Shown here: one piece after another, positions 40,513 to 52,323 of the stretch
Numbering within the stretch: the first letter of the stretch is position 1
Layout of the letters: each line of letters begins with the position of its first letter
Assembly: GCA_965112155.1 (NCBI GenBank)
Contig: OZ218099.1
Reading direction: 5' to 3' (one strand)
DNA length: 64,000 nt
DNA from: Podarcis liolepis
Taxonomy: Eukaryota
The notes under the pieces: generated by a model
Told to the model about the DNA's origin: nothing
Databases searched by the model: none
The model's input: only the letters and a program-made list of their open reading frames with translations
Program-made: the position numbers and the translations under genes

Positions 40513-42066
40513 GTACGTACCCCCATATCCCCTCGCTAGCTTCGCTGGGGCCAGGGGTGTGCTGCCATGCTTCTTTATTTTTCTGTTCTTTCGTTCTTTT
40601 AAATTGCTGGTGATTATTACTAGTCTTATCGCTGCTATTGCCACCGTTGCTAACTGGCTGCACAGTCCATGGGGAACTGGGGGACAGGTGGGATGGTGAG
40701 TGGGTTTGGGGGGGGGTGACGGGAAGGCGGAGTTTCCATGTCCTGTTTGGCCCACCCCTCAAAAAATTGCCCCAAAGAAGCTTCTCAACAGGGCCAGGTC
40801 TGAGTCTGGCAGTATCTCTCTCCCCAGCCTTGTCAGTACCCTGGATTTATAGGAGTCAGAACCACATTGTAGGATGCAACGGTGAAGAACCAGCCTTTTG
40901 TCTGCCCCAAAGAGGCAGGGGGCAGGGAGGTCACTATACCCCTCAAGAAGAGGCAGCTCCTCACAGCATGGACGTTGCTGTGCAGTATGGCGCCTTTGCT
41001 TGAAAATGGCAGCGCGGCCACATCTTTCTGGGAACTGACACTGTGAATCTGGCCTGAGAAGGTGCATAGCCACTGAGCCTGGCCTGCTATTGCCAAGAAA
41101 CTCTGCGTGCGCTGCTTAAGACTGGCTGCTTCCTGCTCCAGAAGGCCCTGCAGTGCAGCCACAGCGAGTCTGCAGCTGCTATCATGAAACCATCCAGGCA
41201 TTGGCAATGCCTTATTACCAGCCCTGCAGCAAGCAGCTGGCAAACGGCGGTTCTTTATCCCAGCAGGCATAGCTGCTCAGGGTGGTGGGGTGTTCAGGCA
41301 TGTCTGCGCTGGTGCTACCTGCACTTACCCCATTATATTACTGCAGGTCACATGACAAGCCCCACCCCCTGCCTCCTAACATACCCACAGAACTTTCTAT
41401 GCCCCGCTGAAAGCTCTTCACCTTGGGTTTCCCCCCTTCCTATTAAGCTGGAAAAGGGCAAAGCTAGTATTAAGAGAAAGCCGCATTCCTTTCATGGAGA
41501 AAATATCTCAGTACATTTCTATTAAAGATTTCTCAACCTCTTTTCATTTAAAATAATTCCCAAACCAAGAGATAAAGTTTAGAACTGCAGAAGCCTGGTT
41601 ATTAACGTAGGACATTTGTCCTGAAGGGCCCTAAGAATTCGCAGGCAGCAGAAAGAAGGGGAGGCCTCTTGTAACAAGGACTAATGAAGTATTAATTGTG
41701 CTAAGCTGATGCATGCTGGCAGCCGCATGGCATTGGAATCCCAGTTGGTGGAGGGACGAGGCCCAGAAAGCTAGGGAGGTGCTGGCAGCAGTGAGCTGTT
41801 AAGATCTTGATTGGGTAACGCGTCATGGTTCTTACCAGTTCATTTATAACACTGTAAATCCTTCCCAATCCTTATCCCGCCTAACTCTGCAACAACCCTG
41901 TGGAGTAGGTCACTGCTTCCATTTTTAAGGGTAGGGAGGTGGAGGTGGAGACGGGGCCTTGGCCACCCAATGGTTCCATGGCTGATGAGTCTTCTGTGCC
42001 ATCCTCTGGAGAACATCGACTCGCACTATCATAAACGAAGGGAGAATGTTAATTTGTTTAATGCGA

Positions 42067-42209
42067 TAGAATCACAGACTTGTAGAGTTGGAAGGGATCG
42101 CCAGGGTCATCCAGTCTAACCCCCTGCAATGCAGGAATGTTTTGCTCAATGTGCGGCTCAAACCCACTACTCTGAGATTAAGAGTCTCTTCCTCTACCAA
42201 CTGAGCTAT
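42067..42209 (-). mobile_element. tRNA-Lys-derived SINE with CR1 tail
   Basis: Reverse complement reads tagctcagttggtagag...gactcttaatctcag...gggtttgag...ggatgaccct...cccttccaactctac...gattcta. Confidence 0.8.
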
Positions 42210-45184
42210 GCCAGATGTATTAGCCTAAATTGCAGTTAGCTTTTTAAAGAGTTTCTTGGCAACCAGAATAACTTAAAACAAAGAATCAGCAGAAATTCTT
42301 GTGGCTTTTTTCTCTAGAAGTCTCCAGACCGCTAAAATATATATCCAAAGTATATATTGTATATTCCTGGCTTCTAAATTTAATGCCATGTCGTGGCGGA
42401 GGAGGAAAAGCTGCATAATGAATGGGCAGGGTCTATCAGCTTCTTAAAACTGACAGCAAATTGGAAAACCTCTCAAACAACGTTGCTTCTTGAACATTTG
42501 GTAGCCGGCTTGAAAGATTTCAAAACTTTGTGGACTTGGCTTATAGCAGATGGGACACACTCATTGAACAGCAACCATGGCTAGAAACCACTGATTAATA
42601 TCCTGGTCTCATGAGCTTATTTATACTCGTCCTAAGGGGAAAATACTTTGGGTAATTCTAGCTGGTTATCCCTTATTAGCAGCTTCGCTTGGGGGCTCCT
42701 TAACAGGGTGTGTGGGGTAATGACACCGCCCGCCCCCCGCTTTGTTCACAAGGCTGTTGTACCTCAGAAGCTGTTCTAGCATGAAAACAACTGTGTGAGT
42801 GAAATTCCAACTTGGGTTTTTGCCTCAGACCCTTAACACAACCTGTTTGGAACTTGCACACACTAAAAAGCATCTTTTGTCTAGTGCTCCCTAGCGATGT
42901 TTCACTGTGTACTCTTCCGATAGGATGGTAGCAACCTGCCTAACACCAGGTCAAACCATTGGTCCATACAGCCCAGTATTGTTTACTCTAAAGGTGGGGA
43001 ATCTCCAGCACATGGGCTAATCTCGGCCCGCAAGGCCTTTCCCCACAAGTCCTGGTCAGCTGAAGAGTGAAGTCTAAATCTTTCTGCTGGGAACAGGTGT
43101 GTATAGTCAAGGCAAGCAGAAAGTAGTGTTTTGCAAGCAAAGGCAGAGTGCTGGTGAAGTCCCCCTCCACTGGCTTTCCTTGCAAAACACACCTTTCTTT
43201 CTAGTGAGTGGATCCTCCTTTCAATGTGGGGGGGGGGGAGTGGAAGCTGCTTCCATTTGCACTTTTCAGCCCTAAGACTGTGCTAAAGCACTTGCCTCTG
43301 AAAGTCTCCCCATCTTCTTATTGTAAACCCCCGACATAGGGTTTGAAGGGGAGTGACATGAAGGCTTGCAAAGCAATGCCTGTCTGCCATGTGTGATGGG
43401 TGGATCAGTAGCCCGGTCCACCTGTCGAACTTGTCCCATGAGGCCAATCTCATGGGCCTCTGTTTCCTCACCCTGGTCTACTCTTGACCGGCAGCAGTTC
43501 TCCAGTGTTTGGGGCTGAGAAGGGCCTTAAGATTCCTGGCATTCCTCGTAAAAGGCGTGTGCCCCACCACCAGAGAGTGAGGATCCCCTGCAGTGGCTCT
43601 TCTGAGAAGGTTGGCAGTGGTGGTGCAGTGGGCCACCCCATGATGCCAGGGGCTCCCAACAGGTGGGGTTTTCTGTGTTCCCCGGGGACTGTGGCAGGCA
43701 CTATCTGGAGCAGTTGGCTTGTTTTGTCTTTTTTTCCCCTTTTCTTTCCCTTCTTGTGTTGCTGAATGAGGTCTCATTGTTGTATGTGCTGGTCTGTGGC
43801 TGTCAGGGCCTCCTTAGGAGGGGTCTCTAGTGTTCTGCACCTTTTAAATCTCGTTGGTTCATCTCCACTGCCGTGGGCTTGAGAGAGCAGCCAATGCTGA
43901 CAGAAAATACCCAAAGTTGTTGCCCTCTCCACCACTGAGATCTTTCCATCTTTGCCTCCCTGTCCTGTATTCCCCACCTCTCTTGGACGCGCTGTTGTTT
44001 GCAGCCTCTGACTGGCGAGGCCAAGCGAGGAGGGCCTGCAGCTATAGCATTCTGTTGTTTTCGCAAGTGAGGTGCAAGGTGGCTTTTGCTGGAGGTGATC
44101 CTGGGGGTCTCTTGGTGTTCAAAACGACCCCTGCTGTATTGACTGGCGGTCGCAAGGTCTCTCAGGATCTGAGCTGTCTGGTATGGATTCTTTTTATTAT
44201 TATTATTTTGGTGATGGCTTGTGCAAATACTTTTCCCAAGACCCTGGATTTGGATCCTGGACACTTGAGTTTCAGTGTCAATTTGGAAGGGCCACTGGAG
44301 TCTCCTGTGTTTACTGATGGGATGGTGGGTGGGGGCATCTTTCTGAATGGGTGCCAGTTCTAAGCCAATCCCCCTCCCTCTCACCTCACCCTGACTAAAA
44401 GTCACCAGAGCGGGATTCCATAGAACTTTTATTCTGAGATGGGCTTTCAGGTCATGTTTGTATTTCAGGCCCCACCCCCCACCCCGCCTTTTGGGTGGAG
44501 CTCTGGAGGCCCAACTTAAAAGCCACACTGAGGCAGGAAAGGGAATAGCTGATTCCTGTAGTTTCAGTACTCATCCCTTTTTAATCCTGAAGCTGCTGTT
44601 AAGCTCTGCTTCGTGCCTGGAACTGCATGTATCCGGGCACGCAAGTGTCAGGGACAAGAACCCACAGCTGAAAAAGACTGTGTAGCCATGGGTTGTCTGT
44701 TGGGAAGACTCTTGGTGCGTCTTTCTTTTTAAATTAGTTGGAGCTGGCTATGAGGCAGGATGCAAACAGGGCAAACAGAATCCCATGGAGCTCAGACTCT
44801 GACTAAGCTATGAGCTTTGTCCCTAAAGAGCCTAAGTAGATCCCAGCACTAGCAGGACACTGATGCCTCTTCCTTCCCCAGCATGTCAGCAGATCCATGT
44901 CTGCTCCATAGTATATGCAGCAGGGCACTTCTCTTGATGACCACCACCTCTGCCTTCCGCCTGCCCCCTTCAGCTGCTATGCTCGCCATGTAGCCACTGG
45001 CTGCTGCTGCTGTGGTGTGCGGCTGGCTCTGGCTCTGCTTGCACTGCTGACGCCACTCGCTCTCTTACACCGCCTACTTGTGCCTGTAGGCTCTTAGCTC
45101 TGCCTTTGCCTTAGCTGCTCTTGTGCCCAGCACCCTCCTTTCGGCCTGGGCATGCATTGTCAAGCTTGCTTCTTCTCTGCGCAG

Positions 45185-45261
45185 GTGGCCGGGTGAAGAC
45201 GTGGAAACGGCGCTGGTTCATCTTGACGGACAACTGCCTTTACTACTTTGAGTACACCACG
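45185..45261 (+). CDS. CYTH1: Cytohesin-1 PH exon ([26 protein letters not shown])
   Basis: gcag|GT...ACG|gtgagt, 77 nt. Confidence 0.98.
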
Positions 45262-45447
45262 GTGAGTGGCACAGGGTGCTCTCATAAGTGTCCACGGACG
45301 TGATCCCATGACGGGATTGCTAATGTGCAGTTTTGAAAGATGGACTATGGTATGTAGTCTTAGGCTCATGTAAGAGCCCAGGGCATGGGTTATCTGGAGT
45401 CAACTGCATAGCTGAGCTCTTACTGTTGGTGTGGGAATGGTGTAGAG

Positions 45448-45584
45448 CAGGCTTCCTCAACCTTGGTCTTCCAGGTGTTTTTGAGACTACAATTCCCATC
45501 ATCCCTGACCACTGGTCCTGCTAGCTAGGGATCATGGGAGTTGTAGGCCAAAAACATCTGGAGGGCCGAGGTTGAGGAAGCCTG
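45448..45584. mobile_element. Palindromic hAT MITE, 137 bp
   Basis: TIR caggcttcctcaacct / aggttgaggaagcctg, perfect 8-bp TSD GTGTAGAG (45440-45447 and 45585-45592). Confidence 0.92.
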
Positions 45585-45611
45585 GTGTAGAGGTACTGCA
45601 GACTTGGCTTT

Positions 45612-46345
45612 AATTATTTAATATATACACACATACCACCTTTCCCCCCTGACAAGGATTCAAGGTGGCTTACACATTACAATAAGAACAGCTAAAAACA
45701 CAGGAAGAAAAACTATTACTTATTAAAAAGCAGTTATTTAAACAAACCTTTATAGTTTTAAAACTATCTAAACTAACTATATATTATTAGAAAGGTACAG
45801 ATAGTTACGTTGAAAAAAGTATGGCACCAGCCCTTTCATTAAAAGCAAGTCAGTTGCCCAAAGCCTGTTGTAACAAGAAAGTCTTCAGCTGCTGGCGGAA
45901 GGACAGCAAGGAAGGAGCCAGTCAAACTTCTCTAGGGAAGGAGTTTCAGAGTCCGAGAGCAGCCACCACAAGGCCCTCTCCCACATCCCAAAGGTGCCTG
46001 TGAGGGTGGCGGGACTGAGAGAAGGGCCTCCCCCAAAGATCTCAGATCCTGGGCAGGTTTGTATGAGGGATTGCGGTCTTTCAGATAGCTAGGACCCAAA
46101 CTGTATTGGGCTTTATAGGATATATAACCAACACTCTGAATTGTGCCTAGAAACAGATTGGTAGCCAGTAGAGCTGTTGTAACAAGGGGCTCTCAATCAG
46201 CCCCAGTCTACAATCTGGCTGCAGCTCTTTGAGTCAGATGAAGCTTCTGGACACTTTTCAAAGGTAGCCCCATGTAGAGTGTGTTATAGTAATTGAAACG
46301 GGATGCAACTGAGGCATGTGCCACTGTGGCCAAATCAGACACCTC
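45612..46345 (-). mobile_element. Degenerate L2 LINE 3' portion
   Basis: Translation DLATVAHASVASRFNYYNTLYMGLPLKSVQKLHLTQRAAARL is homologous to the same region of the 52497 ORF; L2-type tail near 45640-45670. Confidence 0.8.
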
Positions 46346-46597
46346 AAGGATATATATTGGGTACAGCGCATTCTGTTGTGGACCCATGAAAGTGAATGCC
46401 CTAATAAAGCTGTTAAGTCTGTCAGATGCCATGGTTGTGTTTGCAACAGTAGGCTACTCCTTTCAAATGAGCATTAAGGATGAATCTGTCTGAGAGCAGT
46501 GTTCTTCCTGTTCAATGTTGGGATGGAAGAACCTGTAATATTTTGTCAGAATGAACCAGCCTGGATGTGTCTGAATTAACAAATTGTCGTCTTGCAG

Positions 46598-46669
46598 GAC
46601 AAGGAGCCACGAGGCATCATTCCCTTGGAGAATCTGAGTATCCGTGAGGTTGAAGATTCCAAGAAGCCC
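46598..46669 (+). CDS. CYTH1: Cytohesin-1 PH exon ([24 protein letters not shown])
   Basis: gcag|GAC...CCC|gtgagt, 72 nt. Confidence 0.98.
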
Positions 46670-47618
46670 GTGAGTAAATGCCAGTGCTGGAGAGCACTTC
46701 CTAACTGGGTGGGAGCCCAGGCTGCAGATGCTGTGTGCACGTAAAAAGAAAGAAAAGGATGGTACCAAGAAAAAACTGAATTATGCAAATCATTAACTAA
46801 GCTTGCCCACTTTTGTAGAGTTGATTCTGATTCTGCCATGGGGGAAGAGGCAAAGCTATGCAAGGACACCCAGCTGGCTACAGAAAAATCCCGCGCAGGG
46901 ATAAGTCAGGCTTTTGAGACTTGACTCATCTTTTCTGCCCTAAGAGCAAAATGCTTGAGATGTTTGCAAGATGATTTTAAACCTGCACACAAAGTACTAT
47001 TTTCTGTGCTTCTGCAGTGCAGAATATGCACTGTCTTTTGGAGGTCTCCAAGGTGTTGGAGGACCCTGTTGCATCTGAGCTGTTAGTGACTACACTTGGA
47101 TAATGCTATGAGAGCTTAAATAGCCAAGATAAGGAAAAAGCCCCATTCCTGTTCACAGCTAGTTCGCTCCTTCCTCTGCTTTGTGATCAATCCAACCAAA
47201 AAGTCTTCACCCATAGTTTCCTTGTTTGGATGAAATGGGGAAACTGTGGTTAATCAGTGATATTTCTAGTGTGCTTTCTTGAGGAGCAGTGGGGCTGCAT
47301 GTGTGGGTAAAAGGCTTATTCATAATTACGTCTGATCCTCAGACAGCTTGCCAGTGATTTCTATCAAGTCGTTCTGGTGATAGCTGCAGTGGGCCAGGAA
47401 TGCTGACCCAGCTAGTGGAATTGTAGGCCCTTGATGAGAGTTGCCTTCCCAGAGTGTTGCATTGCTGTCAGGAAGTCATACCAGAGAATTGGTTACTTGC
47501 TGTCGAAAATCCTGTAATTCCTGCTCTTGAAGGATGTCTGGGAAATCCCTGGAATATGCAGAAAGTTTGAGCTGGTGTTGGCCACAAATCAGTTCTGTTT
47601 ATCCTTCTCTTCTTGCAG

Positions 47619-47773
47619 AACTGCTTCGAGCTGTATATCCCTGACAACAAGGACCAGGTGATCAAGGCTTGCAAGACGGAGGCAGACGGGCGTGTGGTGG
47701 AAGGGAACCACACTGTCTACCGCATCTCTGCACCCACCCCAGAGGAGAAGGAAGAGTGGATGAAATGCATCAA
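47619..47773 (+). CDS. CYTH1: Cytohesin-1 PH exon ([52 protein letters not shown])
   Basis: gcag|AAC...CAA|gtgagg, 155 nt. Confidence 0.98.
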
Positions 47774-48573
47774 GTGAGGAGGGGCAGGAATGATGTGAAG
47801 GGATCTGGGTAGTTTGCTTGAGCAATGTGTCATTCATTCATTCATTCATTCATTCATTTGTATGTTGCTTTTCTGCACACACACACAAATGCTCAAATTG
47901 GCTTACGACAAAAAAACAAAGCTGCATTTCAAACAAATACTACAAAACAATTTCATAATAACAAACCTCAAAAAACACATTTCAGCGCTTATAAATATAA
48001 CAAAGATTACTTAAAAATGTAGCATCCAATAGCCCAAATTAACAAGGGAGCTTCAGTTTCAGCCTTAGCCCTAGAAATATGCCTCCCATGATGTAGCTCA
48101 CAGTCCCTCTCCTGCAGCAGCTTCTTATAAGGCTTACATGGGCAAAGGGTGGAGTAGCTGTAAACACCCCTCCCATGAAAAGAATTATTTCCCATTCCTC
48201 TAGATTTCCTCACTGTGAGGGGGGGGGCGCAACTCTGTGGTTAGGTGGGCACCTGGAATTTTGGGGAGGAGATGTAAGCAGCTGAGAATGGGGCCTTTCT
48301 ATAGCTCCCTGGTTGAGATTTGCCAGTGGGTTGTGGGTTATGAGGGGGAAATAGGGCAGCCCTTAATGAAGTGCAGTCCCTCTGATCTTCCTGCTCCCTC
48401 TTCAAGCTAAATAATGCTTCCTTCCAGAAACAGTCGCTAAGGGGGTGGACTGATCCTATAATTATGTGCTAGGTGGCATCTCCAATCAGTTGGGGATTTC
48501 CCTTAACACTTTGTGGGTTTTTTTACTCTCTCTCTCTCCCCCCCCCCCCCACCTCCCACTTGTCTCTCTTCAG

Positions 48574-48652
48574 AGCTGCAATTAGCCGGGATCCATTCTA
48601 CGAGATGCTTGCTGCACGCAAGAAGAAGGTCTCCTCCACCAAGAGACATTAG
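48574..48652 (+). CDS. CYTH1: Cytohesin-1 last coding exon (AAISRDPFYEMLAARKKKVSSTKRH*)
   Basis: tcag|A..., TAG at 48650-48652. The RKKKVSSTKRH polybasic tail distinguishes CYTH1 from CYTH2/3/4. Confidence 0.98.
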
Positions 48653-50395
48653 CCACATGGCTTTGTTGAGTAGCAGTGACATTGGCAGCTGTTGCCTCTC
48701 CGTCTCCTGGCAGAGAGGAAGAGGAGCGAGACGACACAGACCCGCCTGCTCTGCATTATGACCCCGAGGGGGGACTAGCTTCAGCTTTTGCTATTCTTTT
48801 CTGGTTTGGGGGCAGGAAGAGTTGCGGGGGGTAGGCTATGTTGATGGCAACCACCAGCTCTCACTGACTTATTTAATTTGCAAGAATGCCATCTCCCTGC
48901 CAGCCCCTCAGCTGGGCAGCTTGAAGCCAAACCACGTCACTGGTAGCCCAAGTGGCAGGAAGAGAAGAATTGTTGGGGTCTTTTCTGCTACCGTGGCTGA
49001 CTTGTTCCTTGCCTGTGCCGATGGTGAGGCAGACCTATTCAAGCTGCCAGCGAGAAGTGTCGGCTGTACCAGGCTTTAGGCCTAATACTCTCCGAGACCC
49101 TGAATCAGGAATGGACCACAAACTGCCAAAGGCATAGATCAGTCTGCAGCAGAGGTTGGGGGCATGGCTCTCTAGCACTGAAGCAGAGAGATCCCTGTGG
49201 CCCTCTGCATCGCCATGTTGCTCCCTGTTCTTTGGACAGGTAAGCCCAATGGCGGCTTTTCCCCAAAGCAGTTGAGCTGTATGCTCTTTCATGTTTAATT
49301 TCCGGGGTTCTCTGTCGCAAGGAGTTTTATTAACCACGTTGAGTAATAAGCAACCAAGAATGTCAGTCCCAACAGCTGGCATGATGAATAGCAAGGCTGC
49401 CACCTCCAGGATTTCCCCTGCCCTCGTTCTAGAGGGCACTGACTAGGCTGCCTCGTATGTGAAGCAGGAATGAGGCCAGCAGAGGGCTCACTCAAGCAAC
49501 CTTGCCCAGATGAGAAGGTGGTGCTCTTGTGAGCTAGCGGCATGCATGTGGTTGTGGGTGGGCAGGTAGCTTAACCCTCATGGATGCTTTACAGGGAGGC
49601 TTTTCACCCCTTTGCCAGTGGCTGCTGGGAAACCCTCTCACCCAGCAACTGGGCACAAAAATTTATCCCTGCAGCCAGAGCTTCCTCCGTTTTTTGTTTG
49701 TTTGTTTAACATTGCAATCGGGAGCAGACAGAGCTGAAGAGAAAAGACCTGCACCATTCCCTGCTACCCTGAAGAAAGAAGCTGAAACAGGCTAGCTCTG
49801 GATTCTTTGACATAGGCTATCTTCTTACAGTTGCACTTTTCAGTAGAGGGAGTGGATGGATTGGGATGAAGGCTGTCCTGGACAGTGGGGGCACTTCTTG
49901 GCTCTGAAGCACAAGCAGATGATTGGTTGCTGGGGAACCATTGGAAGCCCAGGGTGGGTGGGGTATGAGATGATGGCTTATGCCTGGAGCACTGAGCTGG
50001 GGTAGGCCGTAAGAAGACGGTTTTCCCCGACTGTTGATTTCATTATGCGCCTTGGAAAAGCTCCAGTTTCCCCCAGCTCAGTATTAATCTATTTATCGGA
50101 GATGTACATACTCTCTGTATAGATTTTTCTCCTTTTAGATTATTTTGTATTTGTTTTTAAATAAGAGGATTGTTTTCTGTGAAACATAGCAGAATTCTAA
50201 AAAAATTGCTGTGGCACAAGGGGGGGCGGGAAGCAAGGGGGTTGCGGGAGGAAGGTGGAAGTTACTCCTGGTCAAAAAGTTTGGTTACAGTTTTTTGTGT
50301 TGAATCCTTTTCCACCCCATTGTTGGGTTTTTGTTGCCACAACCTTGTGAACTAGCACAGAGCAACTGCAGCAAATAAATGTTGATCTCACACTT
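48653..50395 (+). other. CYTH1: CYTH1 3' UTR (about 1.7 kb)
   Basis: Runs from the stop codon to the AATAAA at 50374, with U/GU-rich sequence downstream; end is approximate. Confidence 0.7.
50374..50379 (+). terminator. Polyadenylation signal AATAAA of CYTH1
   Basis: Canonical AATAAA after the stop codon, followed by CA and T/GT-rich sequence. Confidence 0.7.
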
Positions 50396-51735
50396 GGCTC
50401 TATGCCCTTCTTTGGCTGCCTCTGTCTCTGTGATCTACATTTTTGTGGTTTTCCTATTTGAGGTTAGTAGCATTACATCAAGCAATTCAGGGGCCTTGGG
50501 CCAGTCTATTTAGATCTGTGAGATTGAGGACATTTCTGTAGCCATACTGAGGAAGGGTTTCATTGTGGCTTCCCTCCCCAGCTTTAATTTTTCTTTATCT
50601 GCCAGGGGAAGCTGCTGGTAAGATTGGTTTAAGTTAAGGGACCAGAATGTAAAGCATTCATCTGGCTTCCCAGCATTAGCATTGGTTACTGATAGCTAGC
50701 TGCTATCAGTAGCCAGATGCAAAGAGGTTATAAAGCATACATTAGGAAATGAGGTTACAGTGGGTTGTATTCAAGCTCGCACTAAGGCAAACAGGGCAAC
50801 AAATTCTCCTTGCTCAGCAGAAAGTTCTTTCCCCAAACATGTTCTGGAAAATCTCCTAACCCTCTGGAGCAGAGCTTGGGGATTGTGTGTTTGGGGGTGG
50901 GGAGATGGGAGTGGAAGTCCCACTGTGCTAGCAGAAATCCTTGCACAGGTACAATTATTTAACTGGATACTGCCCAGGGTGTTGTTTTTTGAGAGGGGCT
51001 TAGAGAAGACCCTGGTGGATTTGGGATAAGACAGCAGGCTACAGTGGGGCCCCTAGTCTGTGGATGATTTGGGTTTGCATCTCCACAGTACAGTAGTGTA
51101 CACAAGCTGTGGAACCTGCAAGTTGTTATGTTTGGGGAACAGCAAGAGCGACCCACTTGTGGGTAAAACGTAAGCATGCCTACACTGAACCCGCCTCGTC
51201 ACAAACCAGCATAATGTTAAGATAGTGTTATGTCTATGCCTTTCCCCTGCATGGCTTTGCAAAATCAGTTTTTGTTTCATCAGATTCTGGATTTTAAAAG
51301 CTGTCTCAGGGGATGTGCCTAGATGGGGTTTACATGCCAGTTGACCTCTATCTATTATAAAGCTTTAAAATCTTAGTAGCACTGTATACTTACAGAATAA
51401 CAGGATTACCTCCAAAAATAGGCAACAATTGCTTTGTCTAAATAACATCCAGCAAAACTTGGGTGTTCACCTCCAGTGTGTCTCAGATTCTACAAAAGTG
51501 AATTAATCAGTCAGACAATTGCATTCAAAATACACATTAGCAGAACAAAGGTGGTGTATCTAATGCAGACTTTCTTGATCACCACAGCTCTTCCTGATAA
51601 TGGAGCAAGTGGGGTTGAACTTTAGCTAATTTCCTGCATGGGTTCTTAGTAAGAACTTCAAAATTCTGCTCGGGTCCACTATATTTCTTTTAAAGATCCC
51701 GCTCTTGCTAAAATTGGTTCAACTTTTCAAACTCA

Positions 51736-51766
51736 TGCAGCCTGAGCAGCAACCAGCAGATGGCAC
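51736..51766 (+). promoter_or_regulatory. Candidate CTCF site
   Basis: Core CCAGCAGATGGCAC (51753-51766) with upstream TGCAG (51736-51740) at U-motif-like spacing. Confidence 0.55.
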
Positions 51767-52275
51767 CAAGGTATCACATTTGGGTTTGTAGGGGAAAAGG
51801 AATGCTTATCTGCAAAAATTACCTTACCTTAAATAATCTCTTAACACTCTAGGCTGTTTTTCTTAAGGAATGTAAGTTTATAGCAGCTTTGTAAAATGGT
51901 TTTCAGTGCCCACAAAATGTAAATAAGAATCAATGTGCTATCTGTGGTGGTAGTGGGTAACCTGGTTTGATTAAGTCATAGGTGGGATGAATATGTTGGC
52001 AATGCTCATGCTTCTCATGATCTTCCACCCCTTTCTCTGATATCCAAAGCAAGGGGTGGGGGTTCACCTTGCCTAATATGTGGTCCCTTCCTGGCCTCTA
52101 TGGGTGGGAAAGAGGATTCTCCTCATTTCCTTTTATGGCAGTGGTAGCAGTAAGTGGAGGAAGTGCTCTTTCTAGATGCTCTCAGTACCACATCAGGACT
52201 GAAAGAGCAGTGGTGCTTGGGCCTTCTGGCACTGTAGTATGGGGAGGGCATCTTCCAATGCTGCTATTTCAGCTT

Positions 52276-52276
<1 letters not shown>

Positions 52277-52323
<47 letters not shown>

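Noticed and set aside
43827-44528. 233-aa ORF on the - strand
   Set aside because: No recognisable domain or exon structure; antisense to a CYTH1 intron
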